From an uncultured Sutterella sp. (GTDB lineage Bacteria > Pseudomonadota > Gammaproteobacteria > Burkholderiales > Burkholderiaceae_F): 64,000 nucleotides of DNA. The notes below the pieces were generated by a model. It made no database searches. It was given only the letters and a program-made list of their open reading frames with translations, and was not told the origin of the DNA. The DNA is taken from positions 1,971 to 65,970 of the forward strand of contig CAJJRX010000005.1 in the NCBI GenBank assembly GCA_905194315.1. Direction: 5' to 3'. Positions within the stretch are counted from its first letter, which is position 1. Each line of letters opens with the position of its first letter. Position numbers and translations under genes: made by a program. Shown piece after piece: positions 20,731 to 31,385 of this stretch.

Positions 20731-20821
20731 GCGACTTCGGGTTGCTGCAGGATTTTTTTATGCGCTCAAAATGTGCAGACAAAAAAAATACTGCCGAGAG
20801 GCAGTATTCCTTTGAATTGAC

Positions 20822-20913
20822 TGGCGGAGAGGGGGGGATTCGAACCCCCGAGGCCCTTATTCAGACCTGCACCCTTAGCAGGGGTGTGCATTCGACCACT
20901 CTGCCACCTCTCC
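20822..20913 (-). tRNA. tRNA-Ser(GCT)
   Basis: Minus strand reads GGAGAGGTGGCAGAGTGGTCGAATGC...CTGCTAA...long variable arm...GTTCGAATCCCCCCCTCTCCGCCA; 92 nt. Confidence 0.96.
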
Positions 20914-21305
20914 GCCGATCGGTCATCAGCCAAAAACTGATGAGAACGAAAGAATAGCACGTTTAAAAGCAAAAAGCAAAAAATCAGTCCGGATACCTAA
21001 AAATTGGGATTTTTTCAGCTCTCTGGCAGGAGCCGGTTCTGTGGAATTTAGGTGATATTACCTAGAGGTGAGCAAAATAAAGACGCAGGGCAGGCATGCA
21101 GATGTAAAGATCGTTAAAATGCGGGCTAATTACAGCGTTTTGCACAGCCAGAGCACATCGCTTGAGTGGCTGAGGCCGGAGAACTGGAGTTCCCGCCAGA
21201 CAGATCTGCAGGCGGGTTTGTCCTGCAGCGGTCGAATTCGTTTTACCGGTTCCTTCGCCAGACACAGGTTTTCTGTTTTTGCTTTCCGCCTGCCGCGACG
21301 GTGGC

Positions 21306-22841
21306 ATGGCTAAACCAATGAATCCACGTCTCAGTTTAAAAAACATAACCAAGCGCTATCCGAACATAGTGGCCAACAGCAATATTTCTCTGGATGTCAA
21401 CCCCGGTGAGATACTGGCCATTCTGGGCGAGAACGGCGCGGGCAAATCCACCCTGATGAAAATCATCTACGGTGCAGTGCGTCCGGATGAAGGCACCGTC
21501 GAGTTCGATGGTGAGTCTATTGAACTCAGCAGCCCCTCCGAAGCGCGTGCAAAAGGGATTGCCATGGTGCATCAGCACTTCGCTCTCTTTGATACGCTAA
21601 CCGTTGCTGAAAATGTGGCGCTCGGACTCTCCGAGCCGCGCAGTATCGCGAGTATTGCGGCAGAGGTTCGCGAGCTCGGTGAGCGATACGGCCTTGAGGT
21701 GGACCCTTCAGCGGTGGTCTACGAACTCAGTATGGGTGAGCGTCAGCGCGTTGAGATTATCCGCTCCCTGATGACCCGTCCGAAACTGCTCATTCTTGAC
21801 GAACCAACCTCGGTTCTCGTGCCTCAGGCCGTGCAGAAACTTTTCAAAACACTGCACAAGCTCTCCGATGAGGGTGTCTCCATTCTCTTTATCTCCCACA
21901 AACTTGATGAAATCCGTGAACTCGCAGACCGCTGTGTCGTGCTGCGCCACGGCGAAATCATCACCAGTGTCAACCCCAAAGAACAGACGGCGGCCTCGCT
22001 CGCACAGCTGATGATCGGCGCCGAGCCGCCGAAGATGCGTGTGGCCACCAGAGAGCCCGGAGAGGTTGTTTTTTCGCTCAATAATGTTTCCGTTCCCGGC
22101 AGCCTGCGTCTGTGCGGTATTGAAAATGTCTCGCTTGATGTGCGTGCCGGCGAGATTGTCGGCATTGCCGGTATCAGCGGCAACGGACAGGCGAGACTGA
22201 TGGCGGTGGCCAGCGGTGAGACGCTCACAGCCCCCGGGAAGGTGACGCTTTTTGGGGAAGCGGTCGGGCATTTGTACACAAAACTGCGCCGCCTGCGCGG
22301 TCTGCGCTATGTGCCTGAACAGCGCCTAGGACATGCGGCAGTGCCCGAAGTCACGCTGCAGACCAACACCTATCTCACCGGGGATCAGTTTGTGAAAAAC
22401 GGATTTATTCTGGCCGATAAAGCCCGCCGGTTTGCTGAACTCGTGATTGAACGCTTCCATGTGAAAACCCCGTCCTCGCAGAAACTCGCCTCGAGTCTGT
22501 CCGGGGGCAATCTTCAGAAATTCATCATGGGTCGTGAGATTCTTCAGAATCCCAAGGTCCTGCTGGTCAATCAGCCCACCTGGGGTGTTGACGTCGGCGC
22601 CGCCTCGGATATCCGCCGCTCCCTGATGCGCCTTCGTGACGACGGCGCGGCGATTGTGGTTGTCTCAGAGGAAATCGATGAGCTCTTTGAAATCAGTGAC
22701 CGTATTGCGGTGATGTACCGCGGTCATCTGTCACCGGCGGAAGACAAATCCGCGATGAGCGTGGAAAAAGTCGGTCAGTGGATGTCAGGCCTCTGGCCTG
22801 ACGGTCCGGCCGGTCAGGCTGTGAGCAAGGAGGTGGCGTGA
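21306..22841 (+). CDS. ABC transporter ATPase, two domains (CUT2 purine/nucleoside type)
   Basis: Motifs GENGAGKST, LILDEPT, LSGGNLQK and QPTWGVDVG. Confidence 0.93.
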   Translation: MAKPMNPRLSLKNITKRYPNIVANSNISLDVNPGEILAILGENGAGKSTLMKIIYGAVRPDEGTVEFDGESIELSSPSEARAKGIAMVHQHFALFDTLTVAENVALGLSEPRSIASIAAEVRELGERYGLEVDPSAVVYELSMGERQRVEIIRSLMTRPKLLILDEPTSVLVPQAVQKLFKTLHKLSDEGVSILFISHKLDEIRELADRCVVLRHGEIITSVNPKEQTAASLAQLMIGAEPPKMRVATREPGEVVFSLNNVSVPGSLRLCGIENVSLDVRAGEIVGIAGISGNGQARLMAVASGETLTAPGKVTLFGEAVGHLYTKLRRLRGLRYVPEQRLGHAAVPEVTLQTNTYLTGDQFVKNGFILADKARRFAELVIERFHVKTPSSQKLASSLSGGNLQKFIMGREILQNPKVLLVNQPTWGVDVGAASDIRRSLMRLRDDGAAIVVVSEEIDELFEISDRIAVMYRGHLSPAEDKSAMSVEKVGQWMSGLWPDGPAGQAVSKEVA

Positions 22842-23932
22842 TGACTCTGCAGTGTCCGGTTTCGCTTGAGCCCAGAATGGAGGCGGCCCGCGCTCTGCGC
22901 TGGGTATCGCCCTTTGCGGCACTGGCTCTGACCGTTCTGACGAGCGGTCTGATTTTCCTTGCTCTTGGCAAGGATCCTCTGCTTGCGCTTTATACCTTTT
23001 TCGTGGCACCGATCGAGTCTGTGCGCGCCTGGACCGAAATTGCGGTCAAGATGACGCCTCTGCTGCTGTGTTCGGCAGGGCTGGTGGTGTGCTACCGGGC
23101 CAATGTCTGGAATATCGGTGCGGAAGGGCAGCTCGTCGTCGGTGCGATTGCCGGCGGGGCGGTAGCGCTGATGGCCGGTCCTCAGACAGGGGACTGGTGG
23201 GTGATTGCCGTGCTTGCCGCCTCTGCGCTCGGCGGGGCGCTCTGGGGCGCGGTGACAGCGCTTTTGCGCCACCGCTTCCATGCCAACGAGATCCTGGTTT
23301 CCCTGATGCTCGTCTACGTGGCGCAGTTTTTCCTGCAGTGGGCCGTGCAGGGTCCGATGCGCGATCCGATGGGGTTCGGTTTTCCGCAGACAGAACTGTT
23401 TGACTCCTCTGCCACGCTCGGTGTGCTGCTTTCGGGCACGCGTCTGCATTTCGGTTTTATCCTTGCGCTGCTGAGCGCACTGGGTATCTGGGTGCTCATG
23501 GACCGGATGGCGCTCGGGATGGAATTCAAAATCTCCGGGATGGCACCGCTGGCGGCCCGTTATGCCGGGTATCAGCCCGGTCATCTGATCTGGGTGTCGA
23601 TGCTCATCAGCGGCGCGCTTGCCGGTCTTGCCGGCGGTATTGAAGCCGCCGGTCCGCTCGGGCAGCTCACGCCGACCATCAGTCCGGGCTACGGTTTTGC
23701 CGCCATTATCGTGGTGTTTGTCGGACGGCTTTCGCCGCTTGGCTGTATTCCTGCCGCGTTTGTGATGGCGCTCTTTTACCTCGGCGGCGAGCTCGCACAG
23801 AGCCGTCTGGGGCTGCCCAACTCCATCACAGGGGTTTATCAGGGGCTGCTGCTCTTTTACATTCTTGCCTGCGATACGCTCATTACCTACCGCGTTCGCT
23901 GGATCGGACTGACACGCGGAGGTAACCAATGA
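22838..23932 (+). CDS. ABC transporter permease (nucleoside/purine type)
   Basis: Motifs WNIGAEGQ, NEILVSLML and GYGFAAIIV; multiple TM segments. Confidence 0.92.
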   Translation: MMTLQCPVSLEPRMEAARALRWVSPFAALALTVLTSGLIFLALGKDPLLALYTFFVAPIESVRAWTEIAVKMTPLLLCSAGLVVCYRANVWNIGAEGQLVVGAIAGGAVALMAGPQTGDWWVIAVLAASALGGALWGAVTALLRHRFHANEILVSLMLVYVAQFFLQWAVQGPMRDPMGFGFPQTELFDSSATLGVLLSGTRLHFGFILALLSALGIWVLMDRMALGMEFKISGMAPLAARYAGYQPGHLIWVSMLISGALAGLAGGIEAAGPLGQLTPTISPGYGFAAIIVVFVGRLSPLGCIPAAFVMALFYLGGELAQSRLGLPNSITGVYQGLLLFYILACDTLITYRVRWIGLTRGGNQ

Positions 23933-24849
23933 GTCTAGCCGCTTCCATTATCTCCTCGACGTTAAACGCGGGAACGCCGCTGCTGCTTGCGGCAGTCGGG
24001 ATTCTGATTCATGAGAAGTCCGGAGTGCTCAACCTCGGTATCGAGGGCATCATGCTCATGGGCGCCGTGACCGGGTTCGGCGTCACGCTCACAACCGGCA
24101 GCTTTGCGCTCGGATTTCTCGGCGCAATCGGTGTCGGTCTGCTCCTCGGACTGCTGTTTGGCTTTTTCGTGATCGGCATCCGGGCCAACCAGTATGCGGC
24201 CGGCCTTGCCATGACGCTTTTCGGTGCCGGTCTCTCTGCCTTTATCGGTCAGCCCATGCAGGGTGCCGCCCTGCCGGTGCGAGCCTCTCTGGGTATTCCT
24301 GTGCTGGAGGATCTCGGGTTCGTGGGCGAGGCGTTTTTCTCCCAGCACTGGCTGGTGTATGCGGCGCTCGTTCTGCTTTTTGCCGTCTGGTATTTCCTCT
24401 TCAGATCGCGCTGGGGACTGATCCTGCGCTCGGTTGGCGAGGCGCCTGAGTCGGCGTATGCCCTCGGCTACCCGGTCGGCAGAATCCGGCTGGCTGCCGT
24501 GCTCTTTGGCAGTGCGATGGCCGGTCTTGCCGGCGGTTTCCTCTCGCTTGTCTACACTCCGCTCTGGGTGGAGGGGATGGTTGCCGGACGCGGATGGATT
24601 TCGCTTGCCCTGGTGACCTTTGCAACCTGGCGTCCTGCGCGCGTGCTTTTCGGTGCGTACCTTTTCGGCGGTGTGACCATGCTGCAGTTTGCGGTGCAGG
24701 GGATGGGTTTTGATATTGCTCCGCAGCTCATGTCGATGACGCCCTATCTGGCCACGATTCTGGTGCTCGTGCTCATCAGCCGCAATCCCACCTGGATCCG
24801 TCTGAATGTGCCTGCCTCGCTCGGCAAGCCTTTCCATTCGACGCGCTAG
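23929..24849 (+). CDS. ABC transporter permease (nucleoside/purine type)
   Basis: Motifs EKSGVLNLGIEG, GRGWISLALV and PY..TI.VL. Confidence 0.92.
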   Translation: MSLAASIISSTLNAGTPLLLAAVGILIHEKSGVLNLGIEGIMLMGAVTGFGVTLTTGSFALGFLGAIGVGLLLGLLFGFFVIGIRANQYAAGLAMTLFGAGLSAFIGQPMQGAALPVRASLGIPVLEDLGFVGEAFFSQHWLVYAALVLLFAVWYFLFRSRWGLILRSVGEAPESAYALGYPVGRIRLAAVLFGSAMAGLAGGFLSLVYTPLWVEGMVAGRGWISLALVTFATWRPARVLFGAYLFGGVTMLQFAVQGMGFDIAPQLMSMTPYLATILVLVLISRNPTWIRLNVPASLGKPFHSTR

Positions 24850-24953
24850 TGCCGGTGACTGACTGAAAAGATTTTGTCGTGCGCTTCGGGTTGCCGCGAG
24901 AAAAAAGTTTCTTTAGTTTGTTAATTGTTATTCACTTTTTGGAGAGCACTTCC

Positions 24954-26102
24954 ATGAATAAACGTTTTACCTTGAAAATCTGCGTTGCAGCTGCTGCCGC
25001 GATGATGCTCAGCGCCTGCGGAAAGGATGAGCCCAAGCCGACGCCTGCCGCTGAAAAGCCCGCTCAGACGAGCGCAGCGCCTGCTGCCGCGAAGGAACCG
25101 CTCAAAGTCGCCTTCGTGTACGTGAGCCCCGCCAACGAGGAAGGCTGGTCGAGCCAGCATGACCTCGGCCGCCAGCACATCGAAAAGCAGTTCGGTGACA
25201 AAATCAAGGTGACGATGCTTGACAACATCCCTGAAAACGCTGACGCGGAACGTGTGATCCGCGATCTCGCCACGCAGGGTAACAAGCTGATTTTTGCAAC
25301 GAGCTTCGGCTATATGAACTCCGTGCTCAAAGTTGCCAAGGACTTTCCGGATGTGAAGTTTGAACACGCCACCGGCTACAAGACCGCCGATAACGTGAAG
25401 AACTACACGGCCCGCTTCTACGAGGCTCGCTACCTCGCCGGCAAGCTCGCCGGTGCTACGACCAAGTCCAATGTGCTTGGCTATGTTGCCGCTGTGCCTA
25501 TTCCTGAAGTGATCCAGGGCATCAACGCCTTTACGCTCGGCGCACGCACGGTCAACCCGAAGGCCACCGTCCGCGTGGTCTGGACCAACGCCTGGTATGA
25601 CCCGGGCAAGGAAGCCGACGCGACGAAGTCGCTCATCGGTCAGGGCGCTGACGTGATCACGCACCACACCAACTCCACCGCGGTTGCCAGTACCGCTGAA
25701 GAGGCCAAGGTTCCGGTGATCTCGTATCACTCCGCTATGCACAAGGCTGCGCCCACGATGCTCAAGGGTGCCGTGGTTCACCGCTGGGAAGAGTACTACA
25801 CCGGGGAAGTGCAGAAGGTTCTCGACGGCAAGTGGGATAACACGCCTGTCTGGGGCGGTGTGAAGGAACACATGGATGAGCTCGCTGATATCGCTGCCGA
25901 TACGCCTAAAGCGGTCGTTGATGATATCAAGGCCGCCTATGACCGTATGGCCAGAGGTGAGTTCCGTCCGTTTGACGGTCCCGTGGTCTCCAACGAGGGC
26001 AAGGAAATGATTCCTGCCGGCAAGACCGCATCGGATGCGGACCTGCAGAACATGATGTACTTCGTTGAAGGTGTTGCTGCCAAGGTGCCGACACAGAAGT
26101 AA
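24954..26102 (+). CDS. BMP-family ABC substrate-binding lipoprotein
   Basis: Lipobox LSAC; motifs IFATSFGY, YEARYLAG, INAFTLGA and WYDP.KE. Confidence 0.92.
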   Translation: MNKRFTLKICVAAAAAMMLSACGKDEPKPTPAAEKPAQTSAAPAAAKEPLKVAFVYVSPANEEGWSSQHDLGRQHIEKQFGDKIKVTMLDNIPENADAERVIRDLATQGNKLIFATSFGYMNSVLKVAKDFPDVKFEHATGYKTADNVKNYTARFYEARYLAGKLAGATTKSNVLGYVAAVPIPEVIQGINAFTLGARTVNPKATVRVVWTNAWYDPGKEADATKSLIGQGADVITHHTNSTAVASTAEEAKVPVISYHSAMHKAAPTMLKGAVVHRWEEYYTGEVQKVLDGKWDNTPVWGGVKEHMDELADIAADTPKAVVDDIKAAYDRMARGEFRPFDGPVVSNEGKEMIPAGKTASDADLQNMMYFVEGVAAKVPTQK

Positions 26103-26352
26103 ATACTCACTAACATATGAGTGAGCACGCCGTCCGGGAAGTCGCCTTTTCCGGACGGCGTTTTTTCTGGAGCGTGATGGAAAGTGTAATTTCTTCTTCA
26201 AGCTCACAAGCAAATGTTTCCGGCGCATGCCGCAGCGCGAGAAGAACAGGATAATTTCGAGCGCTGCCACGGTAAAAAGTGGCAAAATTAATAAGTTGTT
26301 TTTCTACTCTTTTTTCTGAGAGTCTCCGGCAGGAAACCGCAGCAAAGACGTC

Positions 26353-28278
26353 ATGACAGATCATTTTGTACTTATCACTACGCTGGTTACCGCCTTCGGG
26401 CTGGCGCTGGTTTTTGGCTATATTGCCGAGCGGTTTCTGAAAACGCCTGCGCTTGTGGGCTATATCATCTCCGGTGTGGCTGTCTCGCTGATACCGGGGC
26501 TGCCTGCGGTGGATCGCACGGTCACCGAGCAGTTTGCCGAGATCGGCGTGATGCTGCTGATGTTCGGTGTGGGGCTGCATTTCTCGCTCAACGACCTGCT
26601 GCGCGTGAAAGCCGTCTCGGGTACCGGTGCGCTTATTCAGATGACGGTTTCGACATTCGCGGGCTGTCTGCTTGCAATGCTCGCCTGGCACTGGCCCGTC
26701 TCTCAGGCGATCGTGTTCGGGCTCACGCTCTCGTGCGCCTCCACCGTGGTGGTGATGAAGGCGCTCGAGCTGCGGCATCTCACCACCATGATCAACGGGC
26801 AGGTGGTCATCGGCTGGCTGGTGGTGCAGGACCTGGTGACGGTGTTCATCATGGTGTGCCTGCCTCTGCTCGCGCAGGTCACCCACGGCGGCGCCGAGCT
26901 GAGCAACCGCGAGATTGTCCAGGAACTCTCCAAGACCTTTCTGAGTGTGGCGGTTTTTGTGATTGCCATGCTGATTGTCGGCCGTCGCGTACTGCCCTGG
27001 ATTCTGCAGAAAGTGGCCGACCTCGGCAGCCGGGAGCTCTTTACGCTGTGTGTGCTAGCGCTCGCCATCGGGATTGCCTACGGTGCCGGGGCGCTCTTTA
27101 ATGTGAGTTACGCGCTCGGCGCGTTCTTTGCCGGTATGGTGATGCGTGAGAGCAGTCTCGCGCACCGTGCCGCACAGAATTCTCTGCCCCTGCAGGACGC
27201 TTTTGCCGTGCTCTTTTTCGTCTCGGTCGGTCTCCTGCTTGACTGGCACGTGTTCATTGACCAGCCCTTTACGATTTTCTCCATCCTGCTGGTGATTCTG
27301 TTTGTCACCTCGGTGATTTCCACACTGCTCGTGCTGCTGCTCAAGTGGCCGCTCGATTCGGCACTCACGCTCGGCGCGAGTGTGGCGCAGATCGGTGAAT
27401 TCTCCTTTATTCTCTGCGGGCAGGGGATGAGTCTGGGACTTGCCGACGAATCGACCATGAGTCTGATTGTGGCCGCTTCGATTGTCTCGATTGCGCTCAA
27501 CCCGCTGCTTTTTGCCGTCACCCCGAAACTGCGTCACCGTCTGGTCACACGCTATGCGTTTTTCCGTGCGGCCGCCATGCGCGAGGTGCCCGTGAAGATG
27601 CCCGCCGCCCCGAAGGCGGCAGCCGTGCCTCAGAAGGGGCACGTGATTGTGGTGGGCTACAACACGGTGGCGCGTCTGCTTCTGGATAAACTCCAGCAGC
27701 AGAAAATTCCGGTGATCTGCGTCACCAACGCCCCTGAAAAAGAGATCGATCCGCGCCCTGAAGGCGATTTTGCGCCCACCATGATCATGGGTGAGGCCAA
27801 GGATCCGATGATTCTCGTGAAGGCGCGCATCACCTCGGCCGCCTATGTTGTGCTACCGTTGAAAGATACCATTCTCAACCGCCAGGTGATCAAGTACGTG
27901 CGGCAGCTGCGCCCGGACATTCCCGTGCTGGTGCGTGTGCCCGATGATGATCTGCCCGATAACTGGACCAGAGACACCAATACGCACATTCTCACGAACA
28001 ACGAGGCGATGCTGATGGCGCTGCTCGGCGAGCTCGTGCGCGCTTTTTCGCGTCCGGAGACACAGCAGCGTGCTCCCGAGCCCGATCCGGAGGACGTGAC
28101 TCCGCCGCCCGCCGGTGATGAGGCTGACGACGAGGCACAGCCCGGGCGCCTGGGCCGGCTTCTCGGCTGGACGGGACTCGCTTCGGAGAAGCTCTCGGCC
28201 GCAGCCGGCAGCACCGCACACAGTGCAGGCACCTGGGTGAAATCGCTCGGCGGCAGATTCCGCCGCACAGGAAATTAG
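26353..28278 (+). CDS. CPA2-family cation:proton antiporter (YbaL/RosB-like) with TrkA-N domain
   Basis: Motifs AEIGVMLLMFGVGLHFS, ASTVV, ALGAFFAG, LFFVSVG, QIGEFSFIL and HVIVVGY. Confidence 0.9.
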   Translation: MTDHFVLITTLVTAFGLALVFGYIAERFLKTPALVGYIISGVAVSLIPGLPAVDRTVTEQFAEIGVMLLMFGVGLHFSLNDLLRVKAVSGTGALIQMTVSTFAGCLLAMLAWHWPVSQAIVFGLTLSCASTVVVMKALELRHLTTMINGQVVIGWLVVQDLVTVFIMVCLPLLAQVTHGGAELSNREIVQELSKTFLSVAVFVIAMLIVGRRVLPWILQKVADLGSRELFTLCVLALAIGIAYGAGALFNVSYALGAFFAGMVMRESSLAHRAAQNSLPLQDAFAVLFFVSVGLLLDWHVFIDQPFTIFSILLVILFVTSVISTLLVLLLKWPLDSALTLGASVAQIGEFSFILCGQGMSLGLADESTMSLIVAASIVSIALNPLLFAVTPKLRHRLVTRYAFFRAAAMREVPVKMPAAPKAAAVPQKGHVIVVGYNTVARLLLDKLQQQKIPVICVTNAPEKEIDPRPEGDFAPTMIMGEAKDPMILVKARITSAAYVVLPLKDTILNRQVIKYVRQLRPDIPVLVRVPDDDLPDNWTRDTNTHILTNNEAMLMALLGELVRAFSRPETQQRAPEPDPEDVTPPPAGDEADDEAQPGRLGRLLGWTGLASEKLSAAAGSTAHSAGTWVKSLGGRFRRTGN

Positions 28279-28279
28279 C

Positions 28280-29740
28280 ATGACAGTTGAAATAGCGCTT
28301 CTTTTGCTGGCCGTTCTCCTTCTTGCCCTGATTGTCATGGTGACGCTCGTGTACCGGAGACTGCTCGATCAGGAGCGTGCCGCCGGAGAGAACCTAGAAC
28401 TCAAGGCTGATGAGATTATTGACGCGATTCTTTCCGGACAGCGCTCGGAGCGCTACGAACTGCAGGAGCAGGTGCTCAACGTTGACCGCAATCACCGTCA
28501 GTCCTTTACAAATCTGATGGCGTTTGTGAGCGATCAGCAGGGCAAGAACGCCCAGCAGGTGAAGTCCCTCACCGACGTCGCACAGCAGAGCCTCGGAGAG
28601 CTCAATTCAGTGCTGCACAAGCGTCTGCTCGAGCTGCAGGCGATGGTTGACGAGCGCTTCCAGCGCGTCACGCAGAGTCATGCCACTGCCGAGCGGCAGC
28701 TCCAGGAGCAGATGCAGCTCAAAATCAATGAGATGCGTACGGAGCTTGACACCAATCTGGAGAAAATCCGTACGCTCAACGAGCGAAAACTCGAGGAGAT
28801 GCGGGCAACGGTTCAGGAAAAACTCGACCGCACGCTCAACGAGCGCCTCACGGCAAGCTTCAGAACGGTGGATGAAAAACTCGGTCTCGTGCAGAACAGT
28901 CTCGGCGAGATGCGCTCCATGGCGGCGAGTGTGCGCGATCTGAAGGGAGTACTCACTAACGTGAAGCTGCGCGGCACCTTTGGCGAGACGCAGCTCTCGA
29001 ATCTGCTTGCCGATCTGCTCACCGGCGCGCAGTACGAGGAGCAGTTTCAGCTGATCCCCGGCAGCAGCGCGACGGTGGACTTTGCCATCCGGCTGCCCGG
29101 CAGAAGCGGGGAGGAACCCTGCTGGCTGCCGATCGATTCCAAATTCCCTGTGGAGGATTTCGAGCGGCTCACCGCGGCCATGCAGGCCGGGGATCGCGCG
29201 CAGGAGCAGGAGGCGAGAAAGGCGCTCGAGAGAACCATCCTCACGCAGGCCAAATCGATTCGCGAGAAATATATCCGCCCGCCCTATACAACAGAGTTCG
29301 GGGTGATGTTCCTGCCGAGCGAAGGGCTGTATGCGGAGGTGCTGCGTATCCCGGGGCTCTTTGACCGGCTCCAGCGAGACTACCGGATCACCCCGGCGGG
29401 GCCCACCGTTATAGCCGCCCTGATCAACAGTCTGCAGATGGGGTTTGTGACGCTGGCGCTGCAGGAGCGCTCGAGCGAAGTCTGGAAGGTGCTCGGCGAG
29501 GTGAAGGGGGAATTCATCCGCTTTGGCGAAAGCTTTGCCAAGGTGCAGAAAAAGTTCAATGAGGCACAGTCAAGCCTTGCGGCCATGCAGACCCGGCAGA
29601 ACGCCATGCAAAAGACGATGGCCAATATTGAGGCGAGCATACCGGCGATCAGCCTCGAGGAGGAGCAGGCGGCCTCGGCGAGCCCGCTGCCGGCGGCCAC
29701 GGATGAAACCGGATCGGCTGACGGCGCAACAGTCTCCTGA
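28280..29740 (+). CDS. rmuC: DNA recombination protein RmuC
   Basis: N-terminal TM and coiled coil; NVKLRGTFGE, PIDSKFP and FLPSEGLYAE. Confidence 0.93.
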   Translation: MTVEIALLLLAVLLLALIVMVTLVYRRLLDQERAAGENLELKADEIIDAILSGQRSERYELQEQVLNVDRNHRQSFTNLMAFVSDQQGKNAQQVKSLTDVAQQSLGELNSVLHKRLLELQAMVDERFQRVTQSHATAERQLQEQMQLKINEMRTELDTNLEKIRTLNERKLEEMRATVQEKLDRTLNERLTASFRTVDEKLGLVQNSLGEMRSMAASVRDLKGVLTNVKLRGTFGETQLSNLLADLLTGAQYEEQFQLIPGSSATVDFAIRLPGRSGEEPCWLPIDSKFPVEDFERLTAAMQAGDRAQEQEARKALERTILTQAKSIREKYIRPPYTTEFGVMFLPSEGLYAEVLRIPGLFDRLQRDYRITPAGPTVIAALINSLQMGFVTLALQERSSEVWKVLGEVKGEFIRFGESFAKVQKKFNEAQSSLAAMQTRQNAMQKTMANIEASIPAISLEEEQAASASPLPAATDETGSADGATVS

Positions 29741-29834
29741 GTGAGGTGCCTGCGGAATCCGCAGAGCGCATAGAAAAAGGTCAGCCTGAGCTGACCTTTT
29801 TCCTTTTGCCGCTGGAAGTGCCGCCTGCCTGGCG

Positions 29835-31385
29835 TTACTTCTTCGGCGGGTTGCGGCGGCGCAGATGCTGACGCAGACTCATTAGACGGGCGCGGCGGCG
29901 TGCACGGATGCCGCGGGTGCGCACTTCGCTCTCATCGTCTTCGGTTTCAAACGGCTGATCGGCACTCACGTGCATGCGCATCGGGATATTGGCCTTTCCG
30001 CCGTCGGGCGCCTTCGCACCGAAGAGCGGCACACCGCCCGAGGAGAAGGTGTCGTAGTCCGCGAGGGCTTTCTCCACAAGCTTACTCAGACCGATCAGGG
30101 CGATGACGTTCGGAATCACCATCAGACCGTTAAAGAGGTCGGCGAGTTCCCAGACGAGCGTGACGTGCAGGAACGAGCCGAGCATCAGGAAGCAGAGCAC
30201 CATGACGCGGTAGGCGGAAACCCAGCGCAGTCCGAGCAGATACTTCACGTTCTGTTCGGCAAAGAAGTACCAGCCGATGATGGTGGTAAAGGCGAAAAAG
30301 AGCAGGCAGACCGCCACAAAGCCGTTACCGATCGGGCCGAGCCCGAGCGTGAAGGCGCGCTGCGTGAGTGCCGAGCCCGTGAGCGTGCCGTCAAGCGCAC
30401 CCGTGGAGAGAATCACAAATGCGGTCATGTTGACGATCACGAACGTGTCAAAGAAAAGCCCCACCACGGCGAAGAGACCCTGCTGCACAGGGTGCTTGAC
30501 TTTCGCCACGGCATGCGCATGCGGGGTCGACCCCATACCGGCCTCGTTGGAGAAAAGACCGCGGGCTACACCGTAGCGGATCGCTTCACGGATGCCGGCA
30601 CCGATCACACCGCCGGTGGCGGCAGCCGGATCGAAGGCACCGACGAAAATCATTTCAAACACTTTGAAGATTTCGGTGAAGTGACCGAGGATGATGGTGA
30701 GCGAACCGATAATGTACACAAGCGCCATTGCGGGGATCATCTTTTCGGCAAAGCTGGCGATACGCTTGATGCCGCCGATGAAGATGAAACCGGCCAGTGC
30801 GATGATCACAATACCGGTGAGCCAGGTCGGGATGTCGAAAGCCGTGTTGAACGCATCGGCGATCGAGTTGGCCTGCACCATATTGCCCACGAAACCAAGG
30901 GCGATGATGATGGTGACGGAGAAGAAGGAGGCGAGCGCCTTGCTGCCGAGACCTTCGCTGATGTAGAAGGCCGGACCGCCGGTGATGTGACCCTTGGCGT
31001 CACGGGAGCGGTAGAGCTGAGCGAGAACCGCTTCAGCAAAGATGGTGGCCATGCCGAAGAAAGCGGCAATCCACATCCAGAAAATGGCACCCGGACCGCC
31101 CATTGCCAGTGCGGTTGCCACACCGGCGAGGTTACCTGTGCCTACCTGAGCGGAGATGGCCGTGGCGAGGGCCTGAAACGAGGACATACCGTCCTTGCCG
31201 GCTGACTTGCCGAAAATCGAAAAGTCGCCAAAAACCTGGCGAAACGCCTGACCAAGTCGCTTAACCTGGACAAAGCGCAGCTTCAGCGTGAAGTAGATAC
31301 CCGTCCCCACGAGCAGGGGAATCAGGCAGTACACGCCCCAGAGCATACTGTTGATGCTTTGAACAATAACAGTGATTTGATCCAC
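29835..31385 (-). CDS. Alanine/glycine:cation symporter (AGCS family)
   Basis: Motifs QVGTGNLAGVA, GGPGAIFWMW, RGLFSNEAGMGS and FAFTTIIGW. GTG start after GGAG. Confidence 0.94.
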   Translation of the reverse strand: MDQITVIVQSINSMLWGVYCLIPLLVGTGIYFTLKLRFVQVKRLGQAFRQVFGDFSIFGKSAGKDGMSSFQALATAISAQVGTGNLAGVATALAMGGPGAIFWMWIAAFFGMATIFAEAVLAQLYRSRDAKGHITGGPAFYISEGLGSKALASFFSVTIIIALGFVGNMVQANSIADAFNTAFDIPTWLTGIVIIALAGFIFIGGIKRIASFAEKMIPAMALVYIIGSLTIILGHFTEIFKVFEMIFVGAFDPAAATGGVIGAGIREAIRYGVARGLFSNEAGMGSTPHAHAVAKVKHPVQQGLFAVVGLFFDTFVIVNMTAFVILSTGALDGTLTGSALTQRAFTLGLGPIGNGFVAVCLLFFAFTTIIGWYFFAEQNVKYLLGLRWVSAYRVMVLCFLMLGSFLHVTLVWELADLFNGLMVIPNVIALIGLSKLVEKALADYDTFSSGGVPLFGAKAPDGGKANIPMRMHVSADQPFETEDDESEVRTRGIRARRRARLMSLRQHLRRRNPPKK

